Positions 1 through 10,626 are shown, numbered from the stretch's first letter. The stretch: DNA of 64,000 nucleotides from Thermoplasmatales archaeon (GCA_030672305.1 DAOVGR010000064.1:33080-97079), one strand, 5' to 3'. Translations and numbers: made by a program. The notes: generated from the sequence alone by a model not told the origin.

Positions 1-1086
1 TTAAAGCGTGAAATTGGTCAATTATTCCCTTTTTATGATTTGAGATTTGATGCTAAAACTGCTGCATTCTATTGTAGGATTGATGAGGAAACTTTAGAAG
101 AAAAATTTGATATGCTTAGAAAGTCCCTTGCAGAAAAAGGATATATTCCAATGCTGAGGTATGAGAAAGGAGAACATATTATATATGTAATAAAAAAAAT
201 TAAGAAAAAAGAAAAACCTGTATGGATAAATATATTCCTCTTAATAGCAGTGATTATTACAACTATCATTACAGGTTCAATTTTGCATATTGGATATTCT
301 GATATTTGGAGTTTGTCAAATCCAATGGAGATTTTAACTCCAAATAATTTATTTTTTGGAGCAATTTTTTTTGCCTTACCCTTGATGAGTATATTAATAA
401 TTCATGAAATGGGTCACTACTTTATTTCAAAAAAACATGGTGTTGCGACATCCTTACCATTTTTTTTACCAATTCCTCCAATTCTTCCTAGTTTCAACAT
501 TGGAACATTTGGAGCATTGATTTCAAGCAGGGATCCTATGCCAAATAAGAAGGCATTATTTGATATTGGAATAGCAGGACCTTTAGCAGGATTCATTGTT
601 GCTATACCAGTAACAGCCATTGGTCTTATTACTGCAAAAATAATACCAGCAATTCCTTTAGATGAACTTCCTTCAGGACAAGCAGTTTTTAATCCTTCCT
701 TTCTAATTGAACTTTTGTCAAGAGGAATATTAGATATTCCAAAAGGTTTTATGATTGAAATGAATCCAATTTTATTTGCAGGATGGGTTGGACTTCTAAT
801 AACTTCTATTAATCTTTTACCAGCAGGTCAGCTTGATGGTGGCCATATTTTCCGTGCAGTTCTTGGTGAAAAACAAAAATATGCTGGATGGATAGCAATT
901 GTCATTATGATCTTTACGGGATGGTGGTTTTTTGCATTCATCATCATTTTTGCAATGGGTTTGATGCATCCACCACCATTAAATGATGACACAGGACTAG
1001 ATATAAAAAGAAAACTACTATTCTTTGTTGCAATTGCTATGCTACTCTTATGTTTTATTCCCGACCCTATTTATGTGATACCTTAA
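1..1086 (+). CDS. Site-2 protease family (M50) intramembrane metalloprotease, probably 5'-truncated by the window edge
   Basis: HEMGH zinc motif and NLLPAGQLDGGH motif, multiple TM segments; frame is open back to base 1. Confidence 0.9.
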   Translation, partial: LKREIGQLFPFYDLRFDAKTAAFYCRIDEETLEEKFDMLRKSLAEKGYIPMLRYEKGEHIIYVIKKIKKKEKPVWINIFLLIAVIITTIITGSILHIGYSDIWSLSNPMEILTPNNLFFGAIFFALPLMSILIIHEMGHYFISKKHGVATSLPFFLPIPPILPSFNIGTFGALISSRDPMPNKKALFDIGIAGPLAGFIVAIPVTAIGLITAKIIPAIPLDELPSGQAVFNPSFLIELLSRGILDIPKGFMIEMNPILFAGWVGLLITSINLLPAGQLDGGHIFRAVLGEKQKYAGWIAIVIMIFTGWWFFAFIIIFAMGLMHPPPLNDDTGLDIKRKLLFFVAIAMLLLCFIPDPIYVIP

Positions 1087-1150
1087 CAATTTTGAATAGT
1101 ATCGCAAAAATTTAATACCTTTATATCAATTTACTTTTGAAGCGATACAA

Positions 1151-1375
1151 ATGAAGACATACTTAACAATCATATTTAATAGTGAAGGAAGTTCTCCATC
1201 TCATGTAAGAGATCAACTATTGAACTTGGGTTTTAAAGTAACCAAAGGAAATTACGATTTTGTTTATGATTGGGGACAAGAGGATGCAAGTAAGGACGAA
1301 CTAATATGGTTTGCTGACAAAGTACATTCTGCATTAAAAGAGGGTAATGTTTATTTTACAATTGAAACCGTTTAA
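1151..1375 (+). CDS. Small conserved hypothetical protein
   Basis: 74-aa ORF with host-like composition in a compact gene context. Confidence 0.65.
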   Translation: MKTYLTIIFNSEGSSPSHVRDQLLNLGFKVTKGNYDFVYDWGQEDASKDELIWFADKVHSALKEGNVYFTIETV

Positions 1376-2082
1376 TTCTTTTTATTTTTCATTTCCTCAA
1401 TACTTTTACTAAATATACCCATCAGAGTATGATATTCCCATTTTGATGGCATTGCACGTCCCATTATTCTTTTAAACATAATCTCAGTTTTTTCTTTTTT
1501 ATGCTCTGGATAATTTATTTCTTTGAGTAACTGTGAAAAGTAATTGTAAAGTTTTTCTTTTTCAATATTTCCAATTGTTATCTTATCTCTTGGTTCATAT
1601 TTTTGCTTAATATAAAGTGAATATAATATCAAACCAACAGAATGTGATAGGTTAAGGGATGGATACGAATCACTAGTTGGTATTCTAAGCATAATATCAC
1701 ATGTGGCGATTTCTTTGTTAAAAAGACCATAATCTTCTCTTCCAAAAACAAATCCAACCTTTCCATCTATTTTAAAAATCTTATCAGTTAAATCTTCGAG
1801 AATAACTGCATTTCTTAGATGTCTTTTGTCATTTTTACTCTCAATTGATGACGTAGCTACAAGATAATCAATATTTTTTATTGATTCTTCAAATGATTTA
1901 AAAATTATAGCATTATCAATAATTTTATAGGCATGCATAGCTCTAGAATAACATTCATCATTTAGTTCACAAGGATTTACTAGATATAGATTTTCAAAGT
2001 CAAAGTTTGCCATAATTCTTGCTACTGCACCAACATTTCCACTATATTTTGGTTCAACAAGTATAATATAAAACTCTGGAAT
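1372..2082 (-). CDS. trmJ: TrmJ/TrmH (SPOUT) tRNA/rRNA methyltransferase
   Basis: VFGREDYGL and PSLNLSHSV SPOUT motifs; frame extends upstream of the track start through ILVEPKYSGNVGAVARIM to a probable ATT start at 2082 behind GGGGAG. Confidence 0.85.
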   Translation of the reverse strand: MPEFYIILVEPKYSGNVGAVARIMANFDFENLYLVNPCELNDECYSRAMHAYKIIDNAIIFKSFEESIKNIDYLVATSSIESKNDKRHLRNAVILEDLTDKIFKIDGKVGFVFGREDYGLFNKEIATCDIMLRIPTSDSYPSLNLSHSVGLILYSLYIKQKYEPRDKITIGNIEKEKLYNYFSQLLKEINYPEHKKEKTEIMFKRIMGRAMPSKWEYHTLMGIFSKSIEEMKNKKN

Positions 2083-2106
2083 TTTATCTCCCCATGATTA
2101 AGATTA

Positions 2107-2487
2107 TTATTTAATACCTAATTCTCGTTCTTTTTCCTTTAACATTTTTCGATATTTGGAGGGTAGATGTTTGACAACACTTTTAAGTTCAGCATGTTTT
2201 TTTATTAGTTCTGAACGTTTGTTAGTATTTATTTCCTTTAAAATAAATTTTCTGTTGTTATAATATGTATACAAATACCATATACCAGTTCCAAATATAA
2301 TAAAACCAATTATTAAAAAATATAAGCCCCATTCCAAAATCTCATTTGTGAGATTTAAAAAATTCATGGGATGATTCTCCAAAATACCTGTAATTCCAAT
2401 AAAAAGGATAAAAAAACCAATTATTGCCAATATAATACTAAACAATAGTACAAATTCTCTAAAAAATCCTGTTATTTTTCCAGCCAT
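2107..2487 (-). CDS. Two-TM membrane protein, hypothetical
   Basis: Hydrophobic helices; likely start is the ATG at 2487 (MAGKITG), downstream of the proS stop. Confidence 0.7.
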   Translation of the reverse strand: MAGKITGFFREFVLLFSIILAIIGFFILFIGITGILENHPMNFLNLTNEILEWGLYFLIIGFIIFGTGIWYLYTYYNNRKFILKEINTNKRSELIKKHAELKSVVKHLPSKYRKMLKEKERELGIK

Positions 2488-2501
2488 TTTTTCTAACCTC
2501 T

Positions 2502-3929
2502 TTAATACGATTTTGCATATCTCATCCAAGTTGTGCCAGGTTTGCCACATACTGGACAAGAATTATTACACGCATTATCTTCTATTGGTTCTCCTAGCGT
2601 GTTTCCATCTAGAATATTTTCTATCTCAAGTGCACAATCCTTAATTCCGCACCATGGAAGTTCCACAATTCCTTTTAAATTTTTTGCTTCATCAATAGTA
2701 TTAACCCTATTTATGTTTTCATTTAGAAGCCTATTTGCAGTTTCATACAAGTTTTTTGATAGTTTATTGAGTTCTTCTTTAATTATATTTACAGCAGAAT
2801 CATTTGAAATAGATTGCTTTTCAGCAGTATCTCTTCTTACAAGTACAACTTGGTTGTTCTTTATATCTTTAGGTCCTATTTCAACACGTAATGGGACTCC
2901 TTTTAATTCCCAATCATAAAATTTATTCCCTGGAGTAATATCACGTTTATCAATATGTGATTTAATACCCTCCTTAGAGAGTTTTATATTTAGATCATCA
3001 CATGCTTCCAAAACTACCTTTTCTTCCCCTCTGAATATAATTGGTATCAAAACCACTTGAACAGGTGCAACCTCAGGAGGCATAACAAGTCCTTTATTAT
3101 CTCCATGTATTCCAACAAGAGCCCCAAGGATTCGCTCACTCATACCATATGTTGTTTGATGACAATAATTATGTTTTCCATCCTCACCTTCAAAAGAGAT
3201 CTCATAGGGTTTTGAAAAATTATCTTTATATTGATGAATTGATCCTAGTTGTAATGTCCTAAACGAAGGCATTAATACATCTATACTTATTGTATAAAAT
3301 GCTCCAGCAAATTTATCCCATTCCGGTCTCTTGCTTAGAATATATGGTAGACTAAGTTTTTCAAATAGTCTATATGCAATATCCTTGTCTTCTTGAATTT
3401 GTTTTTCTGCATCGTTAAAATCCACGTGACATGTATGGGCTTCAAAGAAATGAATTTCTCTAACTCTAATAAATGCACGTGTTTGTTTTGTTTCATATCT
3501 AAATGTATTTACAATTTGAAAAGTTTTTAAAGGTAAATCAGCATGAGATCTAATCCAAATTGAGAAAATTGGATACATTGCTGTTTCAGAAGTAGGGCGA
3601 AGAAGCCATCTTTCTTCAAGTTTATTGAGACCTGCATGACTAATCCAATAAACCTCACTACCAAATCCCTCAATGTGTTCTTCTTCTTTCTTAAAAGAGG
3701 ATTCTGGAATTAACAGTGGAAAATTAACTTCTTGATGATCAGTCCTTATCATCTCCTCTCGTATCAATTGATCCACATGGGTCATCAATTTCCAACCATA
3801 TGGTCTCCATACATTCATACCTTTGATTGGATACCTTTTATCGCATAAATCTGCAAGCTCAACAATTTCGTTGTACCATTCATTAAAATCTTCGGTTTTT
3901 TTAACCTTTGTCTCTGGCATAGGCTCCAA
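2502..3929 (-). CDS. proS: Proline--tRNA ligase, archaeal/eukaryotic type
   Basis: LRPTSETAMY, FRYETKQTRAFIRVREI, QTTYGMSER motifs, anticodon-binding domain, C-terminal Zn (CxxC) domain. Confidence 0.97.
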   Translation of the reverse strand: MEPMPETKVKKTEDFNEWYNEIVELADLCDKRYPIKGMNVWRPYGWKLMTHVDQLIREEMIRTDHQEVNFPLLIPESSFKKEEEHIEGFGSEVYWISHAGLNKLEERWLLRPTSETAMYPIFSIWIRSHADLPLKTFQIVNTFRYETKQTRAFIRVREIHFFEAHTCHVDFNDAEKQIQEDKDIAYRLFEKLSLPYILSKRPEWDKFAGAFYTISIDVLMPSFRTLQLGSIHQYKDNFSKPYEISFEGEDGKHNYCHQTTYGMSERILGALVGIHGDNKGLVMPPEVAPVQVVLIPIIFRGEEKVVLEACDDLNIKLSKEGIKSHIDKRDITPGNKFYDWELKGVPLRVEIGPKDIKNNQVVLVRRDTAEKQSISNDSAVNIIKEELNKLSKNLYETANRLLNENINRVNTIDEAKNLKGIVELPWCGIKDCALEIENILDGNTLGEPIEDNACNNSCPVCGKPGTTWMRYAKSY

Positions 3930-3981
3930 CCTTCAAACCAAAAAAGAAAGATTACTATTAAAGATGACGGTTTATAAGGGA

Positions 3982-4131
3982 TTAGACTCCTCGTCCTTCC
4001 TTTGCTTTTAAACGCAGTTCTTTTGATCTACATCTTCTACATCTTTCTGCTTTTGGTGCATTTAATGCTCCACATTTCATACAAACCTTTTTGTTTAACA
4101 ACCGAGCTTCTGCTTCAGGAAATCTTGCCAT
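3982..4131 (-). CDS. rpl40e: 50S ribosomal protein L40e (not in ORF track)
   Basis: Manual translation [49 protein letters not shown]. Confidence 0.95.
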   Translation of the reverse strand: MARFPEAEARLLNKKVCMKCGALNAPKAERCRRCRSKELRLKAKEGRGV

Positions 4132-4290
4132 TTCATAACCGCCTTTTTAGTGTATCGGAATAATAGAATCATTATTTAAACATAATGTACTCTAAAATTT
4201 TATGAAAAATCAAGCAAAACTATAACAATCTTTGGAATTTATAGAAATATTCTTAACCATGAATGTATATTTCTCAGCGGTGGAACATTA

Positions 4291-5115
4291 ATGAAGGGGA
4301 GGACAACTTGTCCAAAATGTAAAAATGAAATAATTTTGGATTTACCCGATAAAGGAAAACATGAGGTTGTTTGCCCTAAATGCGACAATAAATTCTCAAT
4401 TCAAGCAAAATGTGATGATTCTAAATCATTTGAAGAATGCTCTTGGGAAGAACATGGTGAACCTCGTAAAACTGTTTTATCCTCAATGAAACCAAAGACA
4501 AAAATGCCAATGATCGCTGCGATAATTCTTGCTTGTGTTTTTATAATAGGAATTACAACAGCAGCATTTTCAGAAAGTTTTATTGAATCATCACTGGACG
4601 TAGCTTCGTATGCTGGGTTGACAGGGTCTATGAAAATATTAGTTACTGATCAATCAAATAATACTCTGAGTAATGTTAAAATAAAAATTGATGATATCAA
4701 CGGTGTTACAAATTCAGAGGGATATTTTTCTTCTGAAAAAATAGAATTAGGTATACAACAATTAGTAATCTCAAAAGAAAATTATAAAAATCAAACTCGT
4801 GAAATCTTAGTTACTCCTTTTTTCAAATCTGAGAGTATAATAAAGTTAGAAAATGAAAGTGGCAATGAAAAAAATATACAATTTAACAGTACAGGTTGTG
4901 CAATTATTTTAGTAATTTTTTCAGTTATTGCATTAATAGGAGCTATATCTTGTTTGAAACGGCAACATTTTGATATTGCAATTGTAGGGGCATTAATTGG
5001 TATATTTTCCTTTGGATTTTTCTTAATAGGATCAATACTTGCAATTATTGCATTTATAATCATTTTTAAATCTAAGGATGAATTTGAAAATGGAAAGAAG
5101 GGAAGGATCTTCTAG
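4291..5115 (+). CDS. Zn-ribbon plus carboxypeptidase-regulatory-like domain membrane protein
   Basis: Two CPKC motifs, central beta-rich segment, N- and C-terminal TM helices. Confidence 0.6.
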   Translation: MKGRTTCPKCKNEIILDLPDKGKHEVVCPKCDNKFSIQAKCDDSKSFEECSWEEHGEPRKTVLSSMKPKTKMPMIAAIILACVFIIGITTAAFSESFIESSLDVASYAGLTGSMKILVTDQSNNTLSNVKIKIDDINGVTNSEGYFSSEKIELGIQQLVISKENYKNQTREILVTPFFKSESIIKLENESGNEKNIQFNSTGCAIILVIFSVIALIGAISCLKRQHFDIAIVGALIGIFSFGFFLIGSILAIIAFIIIFKSKDEFENGKKGRIF

Positions 5116-5647
5116 ATGGATCATTCTTTTATTCATTCCATTTCTAATATGGATTATACTTCAGTTTATTGCTCCATTAATATTACCCTATGGAAGCGTT
5201 GATGACCTATCCGGAAATGTTGGAGTAGCTGATAATAAAATTCTGACAAATAAGATACCATCTCCATGGGATGCAATATATGATTGTGGTGATAGATTAT
5301 GTCATCAACAAGCAGAGCGTTCTTTTTTTATTAACGGAAATCAAATGTCTTTCTGTAGCAGATGCACAGCTATATGGCTAGGTTTTGCTGTTGGACTGGG
5401 TTTCATGGTTTTTTACAAAATTAAACTTAATGAAAAATTTCTATTTTTAATAATAATCGGTATTGTTCCTATTGGAGCTGATGGAATTGGTCAACTCTTA
5501 CAATTATGGGAAAGCACAAACATTATTCGATTGATAACGGGTCTTTTGGCAGGTATTGTTTGTGGTATTGCTATCGCGTTAATCATCGATGAAATAATTG
5601 AATTAATAGCCGTTAAAAAAACAAATAAACTAAATAAACAAAATTAA
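5078..5647 (+). CDS. DUF2085-like membrane protein
   Basis: CHQxxERSF...CSRCTAI motif with TM helices; true start probably the later ATG. Confidence 0.75.
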   Translation: MNLKMERREGSSRWIILLFIPFLIWIILQFIAPLILPYGSVDDLSGNVGVADNKILTNKIPSPWDAIYDCGDRLCHQQAERSFFINGNQMSFCSRCTAIWLGFAVGLGFMVFYKIKLNEKFLFLIIIGIVPIGADGIGQLLQLWESTNIIRLITGLLAGIVCGIAIALIIDEIIELIAVKKTNKLNKQN

Positions 5648-5657
5648 AAGAATTTAT

Positions 5658-6128
5658 TTATTGAAAGTTTTGCCTAGATAGAATCAATAGGACTAGTCCG
5701 ATTAGTGAAAGGATACTGGATGAAAACATGATTCCAATTGAAAATAAACCGATAATACTAGTTGCAATTGTTATATAATATAGTTTCTTTTTTATTGCTA
5801 GAAGACCACCTAAAATTGGAAAAACTGAAATAATAATTCCAATAATAGCACAAGTTTGAAGGAATCCAAGTAGTTGTTCATAAGTTATTGAAGGATTAAT
5901 GACTTGAATTTGACTAATATCTATGAATGATTCAATTGTTATAGCATCTAATAGAAAAAATTGAATCCAATTAAATATTCCAAGAATTCCTGCAACTATT
6001 AGTAATAAACCTGCGATTGTTGTAAACGACCTTCTATTTGAAGACTGTTGAGATGCAGGTTCAATATTAACAGAATCAAAAGGTTTTTTTTCATCAAAAT
6101 CAGAATTAAATCCTTTATTAAATTCCAT
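5658..6128 (-). CDS. Hypothetical membrane protein
   Basis: Four hydrophobic segments. Confidence 0.7.
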   Translation of the reverse strand: MEFNKGFNSDFDEKKPFDSVNIEPASQQSSNRRSFTTIAGLLLIVAGILGIFNWIQFFLLDAITIESFIDISQIQVINPSITYEQLLGFLQTCAIIGIIISVFPILGGLLAIKKKLYYITIATSIIGLFSIGIMFSSSILSLIGLVLLILSRQNFQ

Positions 6129-6143
6129 ATATACTCACATCAA

Positions 6144-6812
6144 TTATTTATTTTTTATATTGTTTAATTTTACATCTTTTTTACTTTCATTTAATATCCT
6201 TGGCATTATTTTTTTAGTAGCATACCAATAAACAATTAAACCATATATTATCAGAATTACTTGTAAATGTCCAACATTATATAAAGCTGTAAGAAAAATC
6301 GTAAAAGTTACTGGTAGATATACCAATATTGAAAACATTAGATATTTTCTCAGATTGTAGGTATATATCCCATAAGCAATTCCTAATCCTGTTGCAGCAT
6401 GCATTAGAATAATTCCAAAAGAACCCAATGCTACTAACACAACTAAAAGATCATTTCCACCTTCTACATTTGTAACAATTATTGAAAATGGAGTAAATAT
6501 TGAACCAAAACCAAGTCCAAGGGAAAGGCCATAAACTACAGTTTCTTTTTTACCATGAAATCTAGAGACGTTTAAAATTATGGTTTTAACCAGCTGTTCA
6601 AGTATTGGAAATAGAATAATAAACCAAATACCCACACCAACGGTGTACCATTCAATTAAAATAGAAATAAATCCTGCAATTATACCTGAAATGAAAGTAA
6701 GAAAGACTATTTTATCTTTATAAAAGCCATCATACCCCTTTAAACTTACAAATAATAAAACAAGGGCCGGAATAATCCCTAGAAAAAGTAATGTTTGAGG
6801 TAGAACGCTCAT
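6144..6812 (-). CDS. Polytopic membrane protein, PrsW-like protease
   Basis: PILEQLVK and MHAATG resemble PrsW EExxK and H motifs, partly degenerate. Confidence 0.5.
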   Translation of the reverse strand: MSVLPQTLLFLGIIPALVLLFVSLKGYDGFYKDKIVFLTFISGIIAGFISILIEWYTVGVGIWFIILFPILEQLVKTIILNVSRFHGKKETVVYGLSLGLGFGSIFTPFSIIVTNVEGGNDLLVVLVALGSFGIILMHAATGLGIAYGIYTYNLRKYLMFSILVYLPVTFTIFLTALYNVGHLQVILIIYGLIVYWYATKKIMPRILNESKKDVKLNNIKNK

Positions 6813-6889
6813 ATAGAATCACGAGTGAAATAGAGAAGAATATATTAAAGCCCATCGATTACCTTGATAGTGTTTTAGGAGAGTGTATT

Positions 6890-7561
6890 ATGCTAAAAAC
6901 TCCAGTTATTGTTTTAAATGTTAAAACCTATGCTGAAGCAACAGGAAATAAGTCAATAGAAATCGCTATGCTAATGGACAAAATATCTAAAGAATCTGGA
7001 GCTAGTATGGCAATTGCCGTACAACCAACAGATATTACAATATGTTCAAATAAAGTATCAATACCAATTTTTGCAGAACATATCGACCCAATTAAACCAG
7101 GGAGCCATACAGGTTGGATTCTACCAGAGGCAGTTAAAATAGCAGGAGCGGTTGGAACGCTTGTAAATCATAGTGAACATAGGTTAAAATTAGCTGATAT
7201 TGATGTTTGTATTAATCGAGCAAAAGAACTCGACCTCGATCATATTATATGTTCAAACAATGTTGCAACATCAAGAGCAATTGCAGCATTTTCACCTAAT
7301 TTTTTAGCTGTTGAACCACCAGAACTTATTGGAGGAGATATATCAGTTACAACGGCAAATCCAGATATTATAAGTAAAAGTGTTGAAGTTGTTAAAAATA
7401 TTGATAATAAAGTAAAAATATTATGTGGTGCTGGAGTAAAAAACGGAAAAGACGTATCCAAAGCAATTGAGCTTGGCGCAGATGGTGTTCTTTTAGCCAG
7501 TGGAGTAGTAAAAGCAGAAGATAAAGAAAGTGTCATCCGTAACCTAGCATCCGGATTATAG
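6890..7561 (+). CDS. tpiA: Triosephosphate isomerase, archaeal type
   Basis: LNVKTY, NHSE, AVEPPELIG, CGAG, GVLLASG; ATG at 6890 after GGAG. Confidence 0.97.
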   Translation: MLKTPVIVLNVKTYAEATGNKSIEIAMLMDKISKESGASMAIAVQPTDITICSNKVSIPIFAEHIDPIKPGSHTGWILPEAVKIAGAVGTLVNHSEHRLKLADIDVCINRAKELDLDHIICSNNVATSRAIAAFSPNFLAVEPPELIGGDISVTTANPDIISKSVEVVKNIDNKVKILCGAGVKNGKDVSKAIELGADGVLLASGVVKAEDKESVIRNLASGL

Positions 7562-7596
7562 TTGATATTTCAATTATGATAGAAAATCGAGATGCT

Positions 7597-7752
7597 TTAT
7601 TTTTTTAATTTTCTTATTTTAAACTCTCCGATCCCTATAGGGATGATTTCTATCTCATCTCCATCCTGAATATCATGTGCTTTAGCTATTTGGCTAGGTA
7701 TCGTCAGAACTAGACTACTACCTACCACTCGAGCTTTACGAGTTAGAGGCAT
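7597..7752 (-). CDS. AbrB/MazE/SpoVT-like small DNA-binding protein (not in track)
   Basis: MPLTRKARVVGSSLVLTIPSQIAKAHDIQDGDEIEII; GGTGG SD upstream. Confidence 0.8.
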   Translation of the reverse strand: MPLTRKARVVGSSLVLTIPSQIAKAHDIQDGDEIEIIPIGIGEFKIRKLKK

Positions 7753-7924
7753 ATCCCATCCACCACACGTTGTAATGTATACCTGAATATATATATGTTT
7801 TGATTTTTTTTAATATATCCAAACATATTTATCATGTGTTAGGAAATTTAACAATAATCAATAAATTAAAAGATTATGAATATTAGTAAAAAAACTTCAG
7901 GTTTGGGTTATTTTTTTAACTTTA

Positions 7925-7938
7925 CCAAATTCCTTTTT
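7925..7938. repeat. att core of element 1, distal copy
   Basis: CCAAATTCCTTTTT identical to 19046-19059; read on the minus strand it continues KEFGKVKKITQT-stop, the displaced gene end. Confidence 0.85.
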
Positions 7939-7995
7939 AGAAATTGTTTACAATATAATTATGTTTTTAACTTTGATTAGTTTTTTAGCATTCAA

Positions 7996-8080
7996 CAGAT
8001 ATAGACGGTTTTTTACTATTTTCATGAATCCATGTATTTTTGTTACAAATGTTATAAAATCATTAAAATTGTCTTAATCA
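7996..8080 (+). repeat. 85-bp subterminal sequence of element 1, repeated at 63740-63824
   Basis: 72/85 identical, ungapped manual alignment. Confidence 0.9.
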
Positions 8081-8246
8081 TGCTATAATACACCAATATT
8101 CCAATTTTTAATTAATGTATAGAAAAACCAATAGATCCATTTGAAATATGGAAAAAGCTCGATCAAAAAATTGGAAAAGAATACTTGAGACCAACACAAA
8201 AACAAGAAATGCTCATTATATAATCTATAATCTAAAATATTGATTT

Positions 8247-9962
8247 TTATTCGGCAGAATTTAAATGTTTTTTGAGATCGATAATGTATATGGGTCTTGT
8301 AAAACCTGACAACGATAACTTATGAGTCGAATTAGGAATAACATCATCGGATTTTGAAAAGATTGAAGCGGAAATTTCTTCCAGGTCAACGCCAACTTTT
8401 TTAAAGGCCTGTATATCTTCTTCTGTTACATCCCAACAAACAATACAATTAATTTCGTCAAACATTTTTTTGGCATCAGAAAAATCTTTTATGATATTTT
8501 TTAATTTAGATTTAAATTCAATTACTAATTTTTTACTACCCCATAAAGCATAAAGGTCATATTTGCTCCTGTAACCCATTGTTAAAGGTGTTATGTCGCT
8601 TATTCGCCCATTACCAATGCATTCAAAAAATAGTGCAAATACGCTTGCTTCTTGATTTCGTGGGTTCTTTTTCAGTTTAATTCCTTTAATAGTTAAATTG
8701 AGCATTTTATCTATTTCTGCAAATATTTCGTCCCTATCCCACTCTGAAGTTACAGTAACTTCTCCAGATACGTACTTAGTTACAAATTTCAAATAATCAT
8801 TGAATATCTGTCTTGAATATTGCTGTATTAATCTAGATTGAGCACCAGGTAGTGATTTTCTGCCAATATCAAATTTAAGCATCGGGTCCTCAATAAGTAT
8901 GAATATATTGGCCCAATAACCAGCATATCCTGTACTTGGACTATTTGTAGGAATCCCCGTAGGCATACCTTTTACAGATGTAAAAATTCCCTCCTCGAAT
9001 TTTGCGTATCCAAAACGATCTAACCATTCCTCTCGTTCCAATTGATCTTCGTCACATAATTTATTTTTTACCGAAAGTATATCCCAAACTTTTCTTTTTG
9101 GAACAAAACATGTGACATACTTTAACTTTCTTTGATCACTGTGCTTAAATTCCCCTTTTTTATAAATAATCCTATCTTTTAGTTTTTTTCTTTTTTCAGC
9201 ATCTGTTCTTTCTGCAGATCTTGCAAATGTGACAAAATCGTCATAATCAATTATAGAATTTGAAGGTAGATTTTCATATATTAACCAATATTTATATGGT
9301 AATTCTTCTTCAAAATCATTACCACTTTGGTCTTTAAAACGTAATATTATCTTGACATTCTTGTCTTCTTCCCAAATAGATTTAGTATTACCTAAAGCAG
9401 TTTTTGTTCTTAATATAAATTTTAATTGTTCAAAAGTCCATGTAAAAATCGGGCAATCAATTGTATCTGTCAAAATTAGTTCTGTTCCAAAAAAAACATC
9501 ATCTAATTTATTATACACTAAAGTAAGCGGTTCATTATCTGACCTATGTTTCCAATTGTGCCCATCTGTTACTTTACCAATGCTTGTTCCATTTTTATTA
9601 CCAGATTTAATTGAAAAATGATTACATGAGAACATTACAAAAGTTAGACCAACTCCTTTCTCACCTATTGAAATGGCTTTCCCTCTTTTATTTGTTGAAA
9701 ATGGTTTTAAAAGTTCTGGTAAATCATTCGGATCTATACCAATACCGTTATCAACAAGTCTTATTTTTTTTAACTGAGAATCAATTTCTAAAACTATTTC
9801 ACCTGTTTTATTGTCTGACTCCCTAATAGCGTCTATAGAGTTTTGACATAATTCAGCCAATAAATCCCAGTCATGATTGTAACTATCATCAATTTCTAAT
9901 ATTTGATGTCTAATTTGATTTAAACCAGGTTTTAAAAAATCTGCGATTTGTTTTTGACACAT
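8247..9962 (-). CDS. GHKL (MORC/MutL/Hsp90-like) ATPase with C-terminal PD-(D/E)xK-like nuclease domain
   Basis: ELCQNSIDA, DNGIGI, GEKGVG GHKL motifs; C-terminal YDL...IEFK...IVCWD. Confidence 0.75.
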   Translation of the reverse strand: MCQKQIADFLKPGLNQIRHQILEIDDSYNHDWDLLAELCQNSIDAIRESDNKTGEIVLEIDSQLKKIRLVDNGIGIDPNDLPELLKPFSTNKRGKAISIGEKGVGLTFVMFSCNHFSIKSGNKNGTSIGKVTDGHNWKHRSDNEPLTLVYNKLDDVFFGTELILTDTIDCPIFTWTFEQLKFILRTKTALGNTKSIWEEDKNVKIILRFKDQSGNDFEEELPYKYWLIYENLPSNSIIDYDDFVTFARSAERTDAEKRKKLKDRIIYKKGEFKHSDQRKLKYVTCFVPKRKVWDILSVKNKLCDEDQLEREEWLDRFGYAKFEEGIFTSVKGMPTGIPTNSPSTGYAGYWANIFILIEDPMLKFDIGRKSLPGAQSRLIQQYSRQIFNDYLKFVTKYVSGEVTVTSEWDRDEIFAEIDKMLNLTIKGIKLKKNPRNQEASVFALFFECIGNGRISDITPLTMGYRSKYDLYALWGSKKLVIEFKSKLKNIIKDFSDAKKMFDEINCIVCWDVTEEDIQAFKKVGVDLEEISASIFSKSDDVIPNSTHKLSLSGFTRPIYIIDLKKHLNSAE

Positions 9963-10020
9963 TATTTTTGAAAAGAAGTATATCCTTATATATTTTAAGG
10001 CTCACAATAGTTTAGATGAC

Positions 10021-10133
10021 CATAATAAAAATAAACCCTGTTGCAATCCTGTTTTTACATCTAAACTCCCTGCTTTACAGAAGAAAAACACCCTTTTAAG
10101 ACATTATTACTCCTTATTCCCTCCTGGAGAATT
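10021..10133 (-). other. Conserved non-coding element shared with element 2 (34113-34226)
   Basis: 94/110 identical in reverse complement. Confidence 0.85.
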
Positions 10134-10168
10134 TGACTATTTGCAATCTATCTTAAAAAAAGTAGTTA

Positions 10169-10348
10169 CTATTTTTTTGGTTTTTTAGTTTTCATCTCTG
10201 TTATAATACTAAGATCTTTTAATGTGTTACCAATTGCAGAACGTACAAAATCAGATCTGTTCATGCTATAGCCTAGTTCTACAGCTCGATCAATACCTTC
10301 TATTGTTTCTTTGGATATCACAATATGTAGAGTAGGTTTTACATCCAT
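10169..10348 (-). CDS. Ribbon-helix-helix (CopG/Arc/MetJ) regulator
   Basis: LHIVISKETIEGIDRAVELGYSMNRSDFVRSAI pattern; likely start ATG 10348. Confidence 0.8.
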   Translation of the reverse strand: MDVKPTLHIVISKETIEGIDRAVELGYSMNRSDFVRSAIGNTLKDLSIITEMKTKKPKK

Positions 10349-10386
10349 AGTATGGACATAGCATAAACCTTTTATATACATTGCTA

Positions 10387-10412
10387 TTACATAGTTATTA
10401 CATACTATGTAA
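10387..10412. promoter_or_regulatory. Inverted-repeat operator between divergent RHH and AbrB genes
   Basis: TTACATAG-N10-CTATGTAA, perfect 8-bp arms. Confidence 0.55.
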
Positions 10413-10441
10413 CTTGTATGTGATGGTAGGTGATGAATGAA

Positions 10442-10609
10442 ATGAAGAGAAAAGTAATAGTTGGTAAAAAAGGCAAGATAACTCTACCAAAAGAGATGCT
10501 TGATGCAATGAATTTAAAAGAAGGGGACACTATTAAATTTGAAGTGGAATGGTTTCATCAAGAAAATCCTCATAAGGATTACAAGGGAGTAGTAATATCA
10601 AAAGCATAA
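10442..10609 (+). CDS. AbrB/MazE/SpoVT-like protein (not in track)
   Basis: MKRKVIVGKKGKITLPKEMLDAMNLKEGDTIKFEV; GGTGA SD. Confidence 0.85.
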   Translation: MKRKVIVGKKGKITLPKEMLDAMNLKEGDTIKFEVEWFHQENPHKDYKGVVISKA

Positions 10610-10626
10610 ATTGGAGGATTTGAAAC

